Source of the DNA: Massilicoli timonensis
GTDB lineage: Bacteria > Bacillota_I > Bacilli_A > Erysipelotrichales > Erysipelotrichaceae
DNA length: 32,000 nucleotides
Assembly: GCF_900199515.1 (NCBI RefSeq)
Contig: NZ_LT963433.1
Coordinates: 30,001 to 62,000, forward strand
Direction of reading: 5' to 3'
The position numbers and the translations under genes were made by a program. This document shows positions 1-8,269 of the stretch, one piece after another. Numbering within the stretch: the stretch's first letter is position 1; each line of letters begins with the position of its first letter. The notes beneath the pieces are model-generated. The model worked only from the letters and a program-made list of their open reading frames with translations, did no database searches and was not told the origin of the DNA.

Positions 1-308
1 ACGAGATTTATAGCAATTTCTTGAGTTGAAACAATCCAACGAGAATCATCTACTCCCCATCTAACAGGCTTCATATTTACTACTCCGGGAAAATATGAAA
101 TAAATAAATTCTTTAAAGAATTTAGAGGCAAATTGTGAAATTCTTTTATAAATCTTCCAGAAAATCCATTTCCATTTTTAGACAATTCTTCAAGATGGAT
201 CAATTTTTCTTTTATAGAACTTGGCAGCTTTAAATAATAAACTTCAGCTTGAATTTTTTTATCTAATTTTATTACAAGCGGAATAATGTAATTCTTTTGT
301 GTTTGCAT
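1..308 (-). CDS. 5' part (102 codons, runs off the left edge) of the third gene of the nuclease-helicase operon; candidate pPIWI-RE-type protein, otherwise hypothetical
   Basis: Absent from the ORF track because it is truncated by the window edge. ATG at 308-306 directly follows the helicase stop TAA (311-309), with GGAG 8 nt upstream. The reverse-complement frame stays open to position 1 (MQTQKNYIIPLVIKLDKKIQAEVYYLKLPSS...). The family assignment is inferred only from operon architecture. Confidence 0.55.
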   Translation of the reverse strand, partial: MQTQKNYIIPLVIKLDKKIQAEVYYLKLPSSIKEKLIHLEELSKNGNGFSGRFIKEFHNLPLNSLKNLFISYFPGVVNMKPVRWGVDDSRWIVSTQEIAINL

Positions 309-3300
309 TTATTTTTCTCCTTTCTTCAGAGCTTCGTAAAATGGCTCATATAATGTTCTAGCAACAATTCCATTTTTATCATCATCCATTATTTCTTCCA
401 GATATTTTTCCAGTTCTTTCAAAGTGTCAAAACTATTTGGATCAGGAGCATTAAATGCTCCATCTACAAAATATATTTTAGGATACTTATTTTTCAGTGT
501 AGCTCCAATCCTACACAAGCGACCGAATATCTGTTGGATTGTAACAAATAAACTTGCAACAATATCTTTTTTATCCTCATCTAGTAATGTTGAAAGACTA
601 TAGGAAGGATAGTTTAATAATGAATATTTTCCATAAGCTTCTTTTCTCATATCTTCAATGATATTTATTAAATTTTCATATCCTTTGGAAGAAAACTTAT
701 TCATAATATATCCATTGACTCTTTGCACATGAATTTGAAAATCACTTGGATCATTTAACGGACGGACAAGAAAGAATACAGTATCAAATGTTGCATTTCC
801 TAGGGGATCAACAATATTAAAGCCTCTTTCAATTACACAGGCAGGGGCGACTAAAATACCTTCTTTAAAAGAAGTGATGTCTCTTCTTTGAATTACTGCT
901 TGTGCTTCATCTTCTATTTCTGCACTATCCGGATTTAAGCGATAAACATGACAATTTGGCTGCTCATTTTTTAAAATTTTAGATATTTCTTCTTGTGCTA
1001 TTTTGCATTGCTCGTAACTATTAACAATAACAAGAATATTCTCCTCATTTCTTACACATTTTATGAATGTATTTGATTTTTCTTTAATTAGTTTTTTTAA
1101 ATTATCCTCTTTTTTCTTATCATCAAAGATTCCTGAAACTCTTGTTTCGCTCCTTAAATTGATAATTTCAGAGTTTGCGATAAAATCGCGTTTTATTTGC
1201 TCTGCTTCAATAATGTAATCAACAGTATCGCTCACATGAAATTTATTAGATCCGGGGATAAACCCGGTTCCTGACAGCAATAGAACATTGGCACCTAAAG
1301 AAGAACCATCATCATCTAAAACCAAATAAGGCATTTTCATAGCAAGTGCGCGTCCAAAAGCAAATTGTTTTTTAATATATAAGTCATCGTCTCTTTTATA
1401 CTCAATAGATAATGTATTTCCTATTGGCGAACTAGGCAAAATCTTTTGTTGTTGTACAAAGGAACGATTTAATATTTCTCGTAAATCCATTGGAAGATCA
1501 TTTATTTCTCCAACAGAAATTGAAATAGTATGATACACTTGTTCAAAAGCGATTACCTTTAATAAGAAAAGTAATCTTTTTCTCATTTCATTACTAAAAT
1601 CTTCAATTTCTGTTTTAATCTCATTTTCTATTTGTTCTCGCGAGAGTTTTTCCGTTTTATTTGTTGTAAAACTATTTTCAACAATCGCATCCACTAAATT
1701 TTTCTCAATATCGGAGAACTTAACATCTGAATTTTCTACTGTCTTCAATAATTGATATAAACTTGTATTACGATCTGCAAATTTGAAGAAAGAAGATAAT
1801 GAATCCCAAAATATATCTGATAAAGTGTTTTTATCTTTTTTTCTTTCTTCTCGTTTTAGCTTTTGTAATAAACTAAATCCGGAAAAACTTTTTATTGTAG
1901 AGTCTGACCAACCGGTTAGATTTTCGTTTAAATCTGTACCAATTGAAACCATTAAAATTTGAAATCTGTAGAGATTCCAATATAATTCTTTTTGATTATT
2001 GTCAATTTCAATCTTCGATTTTAAAGAGCCTTGTTCAAATTTTTCACGATATTCTTTCGTATTATTTGTGAAATATTCATTTGCCTTCAATACCGGAGAA
2101 AAAATAGAATCTAATTTACACAGAGCATTATCGACTTCGTCAATAATGACTAAATCAAAATTTCTAATTGCATAACTCATAAAAATTTCACGACTATCAC
2201 TAAAACGAATCATGGAAAAACCCTCTAAAGTTGTGATAACAATATCTGCTGCTTTAATTTCTCTATCTTGTTCGTTTCTAGGACAAATATCGTAATAAGG
2301 GCAAAGATAATATTTTTTATTGACATTCCTTTTTTCGTCCATGTTTTCGTATTTTTCATTTGCTTTGGTAAATGAAAAGCATGGTTCTTTTCCATATTGA
2401 AAGGTTACACTGTCATTGGGAAGTAATGCGTTCAATAAACAAGGTTGTTGCAAAACGAAAGATTGATATTCAGGTAAATAATCCTTTCCATTCATTTGAT
2501 GATTTATATGGTCTTTTTTACTAGAATTTCCAATTAGAGGGATACAATTATATCCCATTGAGGAAAACAATTCTGCTTTTTCTAGAACTTGATTGATCGT
2601 TGGTTGAATCATGACGATACGAAATTCTTTATCCATCATCGCAACAGATAGTGCATCTGCAAAAGTTGATTTTCCAGAACCTACTTGACCAGCCATATTA
2701 ATAACACCATCTATAGTATAGGAGTCAATAGCTTGTTTTTCTCCTTTTCGAGTATAGTATATATTATCTTCTAAAATTTTTCTTCTATAATTTTTGTGCT
2801 CAAAAACATCTAGTTTATCTGCCGCGCATAATAACTCTTCTTTTGTAATTTCTATATTTCTTCTTTTTCTTTCTCGTTCTGTGATTTTATTTTCTTTTTT
2901 ATTCAATTTTTCAAGTTTTGGTAAAGGGATCGATTTCCTGTCATAACTGACTATATAGTTATTGTTGTAATCGGCTTTTGGCTTAGGAGTTCTATCAGTA
3001 TTTGTTTTAGTATTAAGTAATTTATCATAATCTTTTACTCTTTCAGTATATACAGTTGGTGGAGTTGGATTACGAAAAATTTTATTGTCTTCAATTTTGT
3101 ATAAACAATATTCAAGATTACTTTTTATTGTATATTCTTTTAATATATCATGATAGTTTTTACTATATGAGAGATAATTCAATAAAATTTTAGCATTTGA
3201 AAGTAAAAAATTATTTCGATCATAATTATTTTCTACAATTATATCTTTTTGTTGTAGAAGAGTGTAAAAAAGGTTCACGCGTTCATTGATTCCTATTATT

Positions 3301-3407
3301 TCACATAATCGGAACAATATCTCAATTTTGACGAAATTTTCCGGACTCAATGATAGATGATCCATCGAATTCTTAACTATTCTAGCTGTTTCTTTTATAC
3401 TTCTCAT
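309..3407 (-). CDS. DinG/XPD-like superfamily-2 helicase with Cys-rich (putative 4Fe-4S) insertion
   Basis: 1032-aa ORF. Walker A is GQVGSGKST. Four Cys lie between motif I and II (PCLL, EPCF, LCPYYDIC, giving Cx5C as in DinG), followed by AADIVITT and Walker B/DExx IIDEVDN. Later motifs are LLSGTG and a motif VI-like QQIFGRLCRIG. The start ATG overlaps the upstream stop (ATGA at 3404-3407). Confidence 0.8.
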   Translation of the reverse strand: MRSIKETARIVKNSMDHLSLSPENFVKIEILFRLCEIIGINERVNLFYTLLQQKDIIVENNYDRNNFLLSNAKILLNYLSYSKNYHDILKEYTIKSNLEYCLYKIEDNKIFRNPTPPTVYTERVKDYDKLLNTKTNTDRTPKPKADYNNNYIVSYDRKSIPLPKLEKLNKKENKITERERKRRNIEITKEELLCAADKLDVFEHKNYRRKILEDNIYYTRKGEKQAIDSYTIDGVINMAGQVGSGKSTFADALSVAMMDKEFRIVMIQPTINQVLEKAELFSSMGYNCIPLIGNSSKKDHINHQMNGKDYLPEYQSFVLQQPCLLNALLPNDSVTFQYGKEPCFSFTKANEKYENMDEKRNVNKKYYLCPYYDICPRNEQDREIKAADIVITTLEGFSMIRFSDSREIFMSYAIRNFDLVIIDEVDNALCKLDSIFSPVLKANEYFTNNTKEYREKFEQGSLKSKIEIDNNQKELYWNLYRFQILMVSIGTDLNENLTGWSDSTIKSFSGFSLLQKLKREERKKDKNTLSDIFWDSLSSFFKFADRNTSLYQLLKTVENSDVKFSDIEKNLVDAIVENSFTTNKTEKLSREQIENEIKTEIEDFSNEMRKRLLFLLKVIAFEQVYHTISISVGEINDLPMDLREILNRSFVQQQKILPSSPIGNTLSIEYKRDDDLYIKKQFAFGRALAMKMPYLVLDDDGSSLGANVLLLSGTGFIPGSNKFHVSDTVDYIIEAEQIKRDFIANSEIINLRSETRVSGIFDDKKKEDNLKKLIKEKSNTFIKCVRNEENILVIVNSYEQCKIAQEEISKILKNEQPNCHVYRLNPDSAEIEDEAQAVIQRRDITSFKEGILVAPACVIERGFNIVDPLGNATFDTVFFLVRPLNDPSDFQIHVQRVNGYIMNKFSSKGYENLINIIEDMRKEAYGKYSLLNYPSYSLSTLLDEDKKDIVASLFVTIQQIFGRLCRIGATLKNKYPKIYFVDGAFNAPDPNSFDTLKELEKYLEEIMDDDKNGIVARTLYEPFYEALKKGEK

Positions 3408-4561
3408 ATATCTATATCCTTTCGTAATACTTTTTCTAATTCATTCAACCTTATACATATTATATTTTCTTTTCTTTTAATAAAATGCTCATTAATTCTC
3501 TTTAAATAGTTTTTGGGTTTTTTATTTGGAACAACATATAGTAACTTAGAGCCTTCTTCCATATGAGGAATACGATCATGAATGATATAATTAACATTTT
3601 CATGATCTTTGGCATCAATTAAATAGACCTTCTCATTTACTAACTTAACTCTGAAATCCCATGTATCATAAGTAGATTGATTTTCTCCAGGATATATATC
3701 ATAATCTAATACAATACTTGATTTTTTTAATTTATCTAATATATTTCTGATATTATTTTCTAAAATTCCCGGTTGATAGATGCATTTTGCGACAAAATCA
3801 TTCATGATCAAAGCTTGAGATATATTTATTTCTTCTCTTTCATCAATCTTTTTATTACACTCTTTAGTAATACATTTAAAGTTTCCTGATTCATCTTGTT
3901 TAAGAACCATTCCACAATTCTTACATAGATATATTTTATTTTTATTGCTGCTATTTTTTGTATAGCAAAGTTTAACTAGATCTTCATATGAATCTATAAA
4001 CTTCTTTTGCTCTTCCGTCTGGTCAATTTTGTTACAAGGAATATAAACATTTGCTTCATTTATAAGAAAAAGTCTTTTAGTAACATAATCTTGTTCAAAC
4101 ATATTTTCGATTATTTTTTGTGAATGATACTCTCTTAATGGGTTCTTATTTTTAACAGATTTGCGTATTTTGATATTATTAGACATAACAAAGTATCCCT
4201 GATCTGTAATAGCAAACCTACATTTCTCTGTATCGATACATTCGACCAAAGCCTCGATGAAATAGAGTTTTGTTTCTTCTTTTATTTCTTTTGAATATTC
4301 AGTAGGTAATTGATCAATAAGTTCAGCTAATGGTATTTCAAATATATTAAACAATTCCCATTCTGTTTGAGGTAGTATGTGTTGACCATTTTGATATAAA
4401 CCAAATTTACAATTCAAAAACGCACCATTCGCACACGCCCTACGCAGTGCAGGAATATCCTCATTCAAATCAACACACTCTTCGTTTGAAAAAAGCCTTT
4501 GATGAAGTCCGATGATTCCCAAAAAAATCATATCGCTAAATTTGTCTGTAAAATCGCTCAT
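3404..4561 (-). CDS. Zn-ribbon plus PD-(D/E)xK restriction-endonuclease-fold protein (first gene of operon)
   Basis: ORF-track ORF 3404-4645. The preferred start is Met29 (ATG 4561-4559), preceded by AAGGAGG (cttttaaggaggattcacATG). It has a CxxC...CxxxC ribbon (CKNCGMVLKQDESGNFKCITKEC). The C-terminal WDFRVKLVNEKVYLIDAKDH fits D...(D/E)xK. Confidence 0.65.
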   Translation of the reverse strand: MSDFTDKFSDMIFLGIIGLHQRLFSNEECVDLNEDIPALRRACANGAFLNCKFGLYQNGQHILPQTEWELFNIFEIPLAELIDQLPTEYSKEIKEETKLYFIEALVECIDTEKCRFAITDQGYFVMSNNIKIRKSVKNKNPLREYHSQKIIENMFEQDYVTKRLFLINEANVYIPCNKIDQTEEQKKFIDSYEDLVKLCYTKNSSNKNKIYLCKNCGMVLKQDESGNFKCITKECNKKIDEREEINISQALIMNDFVAKCIYQPGILENNIRNILDKLKKSSIVLDYDIYPGENQSTYDTWDFRVKLVNEKVYLIDAKDHENVNYIIHDRIPHMEEGSKLLYVVPNKKPKNYLKRINEHFIKRKENIICIRLNELEKVLRKDIDI

Positions 4562-4696
4562 GTGAATCCTCCTTAAAAGAAAAAGCTCAATATATCTGAA
4601 AAATATATCGAGCAAATTTATGGTTTCACAAAAAAACAATAACAATATAACTACCAGTGTTTTATAATGCTGATATAATTTTTCGAATACGCTTTC

Positions 4697-4725
4697 ATTT
4701 TAGTGTTATATTAAAGAATTGTCAA
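4697..4725 (-). promoter_or_regulatory. sigma-70/SigA-type promoter of the nuclease-helicase operon
   Basis: On the minus strand: TTGACA (4725-4720), a 17-nt spacer, then TAAAAT (4702-4697). It lies about 135 nt upstream of the ATG at 4561. Confidence 0.5.
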
Positions 4726-4738
4726 CATTTTTTCGAAA

Positions 4739-4750
4739 AATAATATTTTC
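4739..4750. repeat. left copy of 12-bp target-site duplication of the IS30-family element
   Basis: AATAATATTTTC at 4739-4750 is repeated exactly at 6457-6468. Each copy is separated from the IR by a single C. Confidence 0.7.
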
Positions 4751-4751
4751 C

Positions 4752-4780
4752 CTGAAGTGAAAAGTTTATTTCCACTTTGA
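4752..4780 (+). repeat. IS30-family element left terminal inverted repeat
   Basis: CTGAAGTGAAAAGTTTATTTCCACTTTGA is the exact reverse complement of 6427-6455. Confidence 0.85.
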
Positions 4781-4888
4781 GCAGTGAAAAGTAGATTTTA
4801 GTCTTTCACTTATTTCCACTTCCCTAACCGTTTCATTTAGTCTTACACTTATCCTGTTCGACAGTCGCCGGAAAGGCTGGTATCCATC

Positions 4889-6172
4889 ATGAAAAATTCT
4901 AATGCTTTTTCACATTTGACTTTGGATGAACGACGCATCATCCTCACCGGCATCACTAACGGCTCTTCCAAATCTGCCATTGCTCAGACCATCGGTAAAG
5001 ACAAGTCCACTGTCGCTAAAGAGATCAAACTTCATCGGATCCTCTCCTATAAATGCACTCTCCCTCTGGAATGCATTCATTACCGTAAATGTCTCCACGG
5101 CAGACAATGTACTCTCGACTGTCCCGATTACGGCCCCTTCCGCTGTTCCAGACGAGATTGCTCCCCCGGTGCCTGTAATGGCTGCTCCAACTGGTCCCAT
5201 TGCCGATTCGACAAGTATAGGTATTCTCCGGAACAAGCACATCATGATTACCGAGCCACTTTGTCTGGCTCCCGGGAAGGGGTAAATCTGACAGTACAGG
5301 AAGCCAAAACTATGGCTGCCATCATCGCTCCCCTGCTGAAACAGGGTCACTCCCCCTATCAGATCATCACCAACCATCCTGAACTGGGGATTTCTGAAAA
5401 GACCCTTTACAATTACATCGAACAGGATGTTTTCCATGAAGTTGCCGGTATTACTGTCATGGATCTGCGACGACAGGTATCCCGAAAGCTCCCTAGAAAG
5501 AAAGCAAAGGGCTACAAGAAACGAACTGATAGAAAATATCTGGCAGGAAGAACCTATAAAGATTATAAGGCTTTCCTTTCTGAATATCCGGATGCCTTCA
5601 TCGTGCAGATGGACACTGTCTATAACGATGAAAAAAGCGGACCTTTCCTCCAAACTTTTAAGTTTGTAAAGACAGGACTTCTTTTTGCGCTCTATCATGA
5701 GGAAAAAACTGCTCGCTCCATGTTAAAAGGCGTGAATCTGCTTGAGTCTATCCTTGGGGAAGAACTGTTTCGAAAATATGTCCAGATCATTCTCACAGAC
5801 AGAGGATCCGAATTCTCAGCAGCCGAAGCCATGGAAAACGGAGCTAACGGGACCAGGAGAACACGGGTATATTATTGTGACCCTATGCAGTCCGGACAGA
5901 AAGGAACGCTGGAAAACAAACATATCGAGCTGCGCTATATCCTCCCAAAAGGAACAGACTTGAAAGCCTTGGGGCTGACCGGACAGACTTCATTGAACAA
6001 GGTCCTCTGTCATGTGGATTCTTCTCCTGAAGAATCCCTAGGCGGAAGAAGTCCTCTTGAACTGACAGCGTTTCTGTATCCGGATCTTTATAAAAAGCTA
6101 TGTGCTTTTGGTATTCAGCAGATCCCAAAGGATCAGGTGATCTTAAAACCGTATTTATTAAAAAACAAATAA
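4889..6172 (+). CDS. IS30 family transposase
   Basis: 427 aa. N-terminal HTH (LTLDERRIILTGITNGSSKSAIAQTIGKDKSTVAKEIKLHR). DDE triad context: QMDTV, TDRGSEF, GQKGTLENKHIELRYILPKGTDL. Confidence 0.9.
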   Translation: MKNSNAFSHLTLDERRIILTGITNGSSKSAIAQTIGKDKSTVAKEIKLHRILSYKCTLPLECIHYRKCLHGRQCTLDCPDYGPFRCSRRDCSPGACNGCSNWSHCRFDKYRYSPEQAHHDYRATLSGSREGVNLTVQEAKTMAAIIAPLLKQGHSPYQIITNHPELGISEKTLYNYIEQDVFHEVAGITVMDLRRQVSRKLPRKKAKGYKKRTDRKYLAGRTYKDYKAFLSEYPDAFIVQMDTVYNDEKSGPFLQTFKFVKTGLLFALYHEEKTARSMLKGVNLLESILGEELFRKYVQIILTDRGSEFSAAEAMENGANGTRRTRVYYCDPMQSGQKGTLENKHIELRYILPKGTDLKALGLTGQTSLNKVLCHVDSSPEESLGGRSPLELTAFLYPDLYKKLCAFGIQQIPKDQVILKPYLLKNK

Positions 6173-6426
6173 GTAAGCAACAAAATTAAAAGAAACAACA
6201 GGCGGCTGAGCGGATTTCCATATCAACATCTCAAGTGGAAGTTAGTCTTACTCCCTAAAAAAACGACTAAAATTCACTTCTTTTCGTTATGCCCAAAAAT
6301 TAGTATTCAATGCCATAAACCTGTTGTTTCCTTTGTTATTGTAATACTAAATTCTACTTAAATGAACAAAAAAGTAGCAATTTCTTCGTTTTGTAAGAGT
6401 AATTGCCACTTATTTTTTCCGCTCTT

Positions 6427-6455
6427 TCAAAGTGGAAATAAACTTTTCACTTCAG
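6427..6455 (-). repeat. IS30-family element right terminal inverted repeat
   Basis: TCAAAGTGGAAATAAACTTTTCACTTCAG is the exact reverse complement of 4752-4780. Confidence 0.85.
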
Positions 6456-6456
6456 C

Positions 6457-6468
6457 AATAATATTTTC
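6457..6468. repeat. right copy of 12-bp target-site duplication
   Basis: AATAATATTTTC, identical to 4739-4750. Confidence 0.7.
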
Positions 6469-6589
6469 TCGACAAAATAATACTTTAATAATCATATTTT
6501 TCCATAATAACTATTATCTTTATTTTGTAAATAGACCTTGTGCATATTTAATACATGACTTGATATTATTTAAAAATAGAATTATAGCT

Positions 6590-7975
6590 TTATAAAAATA
6601 AATCATCAATTATTAACAGAACCGCGCCATCTATTTCAGCTTGCCTTTTCACCGGTTCTGTATATCCTGACTTGCTTACAAAATACAAATATTTTTCTTC
6701 AATATCAGGAAATGCTTTTGTTGCATTTACAAGGTCGTTATATTCTTCAAGAGGCATTGGGCTAGATGTGAACTTACACTCCATAAAAATTGCCTTTTTA
6801 CCACTACGATCAATTGCTAAGACATCAACATCATCTTGTGCTTTTATTACAGGATTGTTTCCCCACCATTTTCCTATAGAGAATGGAATAAAAGGAAGTT
6901 TTCTTTTCTTTGCCTGGTGAATTAGATATTCTTTGCAAATACCTTCAAAAACATCTCCCATTAAATTTGATAGATCGCTCATAATCTCACTAGCAGCATC
7001 TTTTGGTCCTAACATTGCATAATAAGCATTATTTGTAAATTCATATCGAAACCAAAACTTTAAGAAGTTATCTTTGATGACATAAATTGATTTTTTAGAT
7101 TTTTCACTTTCACCACATGGAACCCTTTTTTCAATCAAACGTAAAGTTTGAAGTATGGATAAGTATTTAGATACTTTTGTTTGATCCTCATGAATATAAT
7201 CTGCAATTTCAATGATTCTATTTCTGCCGTTTGATATTGCAGAAAGAATGGAATTATACGTATTTGTTTCTCGTAATTCTGCCTTTAATAAATTATCAGG
7301 TTCTTCATGCAAATAAGCACCATTTCGAATAATCTTAGATGTTATATTTTCTTCAATTGATTTGTTCGCATCAAAAGCTTCTAAATATCTTGGAATACCA
7401 CCTAAAATGCCATAAGCAATTAGCTTATCTTCATTACTATAGTTAGGAAAGAAGTTACTACTTTCTAAATAGTCAAAAGGTGTGATTTCTAGAGTAGCAG
7501 TTTGACGATCATGTAATGGACTTTTTCTTCCCATGATTTCATTTTCCATCACACTTACTGAAGAGCCACAAAGAATTAAAAAGATATTTTCATTCTTCCA
7601 GCTATGGTCAATTGCGTGTTGTAGGAGTGATTTTACAGAAGGATTTTCTTCAATGATATATGGAAATTCATCAATAACAAGTGCAGTTCTATCCTGTATC
7701 TTATTACCGATATAAGAAAAAGCATCTTCCCAACTTTTAAATGATGAAATAAATTGCTTGTTGAAGTGAAGTTGTATTGTTTTTGAAAAGTCTTCTAAAT
7801 TTAAGGCATCGTTTTTTTCACGTGCTGGAAAAAAGATTGTATTTGTATTCTTTGAGAATTCTTGTAGTAATGTTGTTTTCCCTACTCTTCTTCTACCATA
7901 CATTACTAGAAATTCAAACTTACTACTTTCGTATAATTCATTTAAATAAGTTAATTCTTCTACTCTTCCTAACAT
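6590..7975 (-). CDS. AAA+ ATPase of the ATPase_2/DUF234 (COG1672-like) family with C-terminal PD-ExK-like motif
   Basis: 461 aa. Walker A GRRRVGKTTLLQEF; Walker B/DExx ALVIDEFPYI. The C-terminal DVDVLAID...AIFMECKF resembles a restriction-endonuclease-fold core. GGAGG lies 6 nt upstream of the ATG. Confidence 0.8.
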   Translation of the reverse strand: MLGRVEELTYLNELYESSKFEFLVMYGRRRVGKTTLLQEFSKNTNTIFFPAREKNDALNLEDFSKTIQLHFNKQFISSFKSWEDAFSYIGNKIQDRTALVIDEFPYIIEENPSVKSLLQHAIDHSWKNENIFLILCGSSVSVMENEIMGRKSPLHDRQTATLEITPFDYLESSNFFPNYSNEDKLIAYGILGGIPRYLEAFDANKSIEENITSKIIRNGAYLHEEPDNLLKAELRETNTYNSILSAISNGRNRIIEIADYIHEDQTKVSKYLSILQTLRLIEKRVPCGESEKSKKSIYVIKDNFLKFWFRYEFTNNAYYAMLGPKDAASEIMSDLSNLMGDVFEGICKEYLIHQAKKRKLPFIPFSIGKWWGNNPVIKAQDDVDVLAIDRSGKKAIFMECKFTSSPMPLEEYNDLVNATKAFPDIEEKYLYFVSKSGYTEPVKRQAEIDGAVLLIIDDLFL

Positions 7976-8098
7976 ATGATTCCTCCGTTCGTATTTATAT
8001 ACGCAAAAGTATTATACTCTAAAGTATAAAAAATATCAATAATCCTCCTATTTTTATAATCCACTCGAGTGTACATATAAGCCATTTAATAAGAAAAA

Positions 8099-8171
8099 CA
8101 CATTTTTCTGAGTTTTCAGATGAATTTCGCACATTTTTCCGTATTTTTTAGCATTCGTTTTACACATTTTT
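8099..8171. repeat. three phased direct copies of CACATTTTT
   Basis: Copies start at 8099, 8130 and 8163 (spacing 31 and 33 bp). They lie in the intergenic region between the recombinase stop (8270) and the ATPase start (7975). Confidence 0.5.
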
Positions 8172-8269
8172 CTAAAAATAATGATTTTCATTTTTATCGT
8201 AAGATTTTTTGAATGCACAAAAATATCCAATCACGATTTAGTATTGAAAACATTAAACAATAATAGGTT

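Larger units (their letters stand above)
4751..6456 (+). mobile_element. IS30-family insertion sequence (about 1.7 kb), apparently intact
   Basis: It has perfect 29-bp terminal inverted repeats, a flanking 12-bp direct duplication, and a single IS30-type transposase ORF. Subterminal TTCCACTT-containing repeats occur at both ends. It is visibly more GC-rich than the flanking island DNA. Confidence 0.85.

Noticed and set aside
4910-5698. 262-aa minus-strand ORF, plus several shorter ORFs, overlapping the IS30 transposase gene
   Set aside because: It is entirely antisense to, or nested in, a plus-strand ORF with clear IS30 transposase motifs. It has no RBS and low-complexity Ser/Gly-rich content, typical of shadow ORFs in GC-richer DNA.
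6362-6595. 77-aa plus-strand ORF
   Set aside because: It spans the IS right inverted repeat and the target duplication into AT-rich intergenic DNA. The sequence is implausible and there is no RBS.
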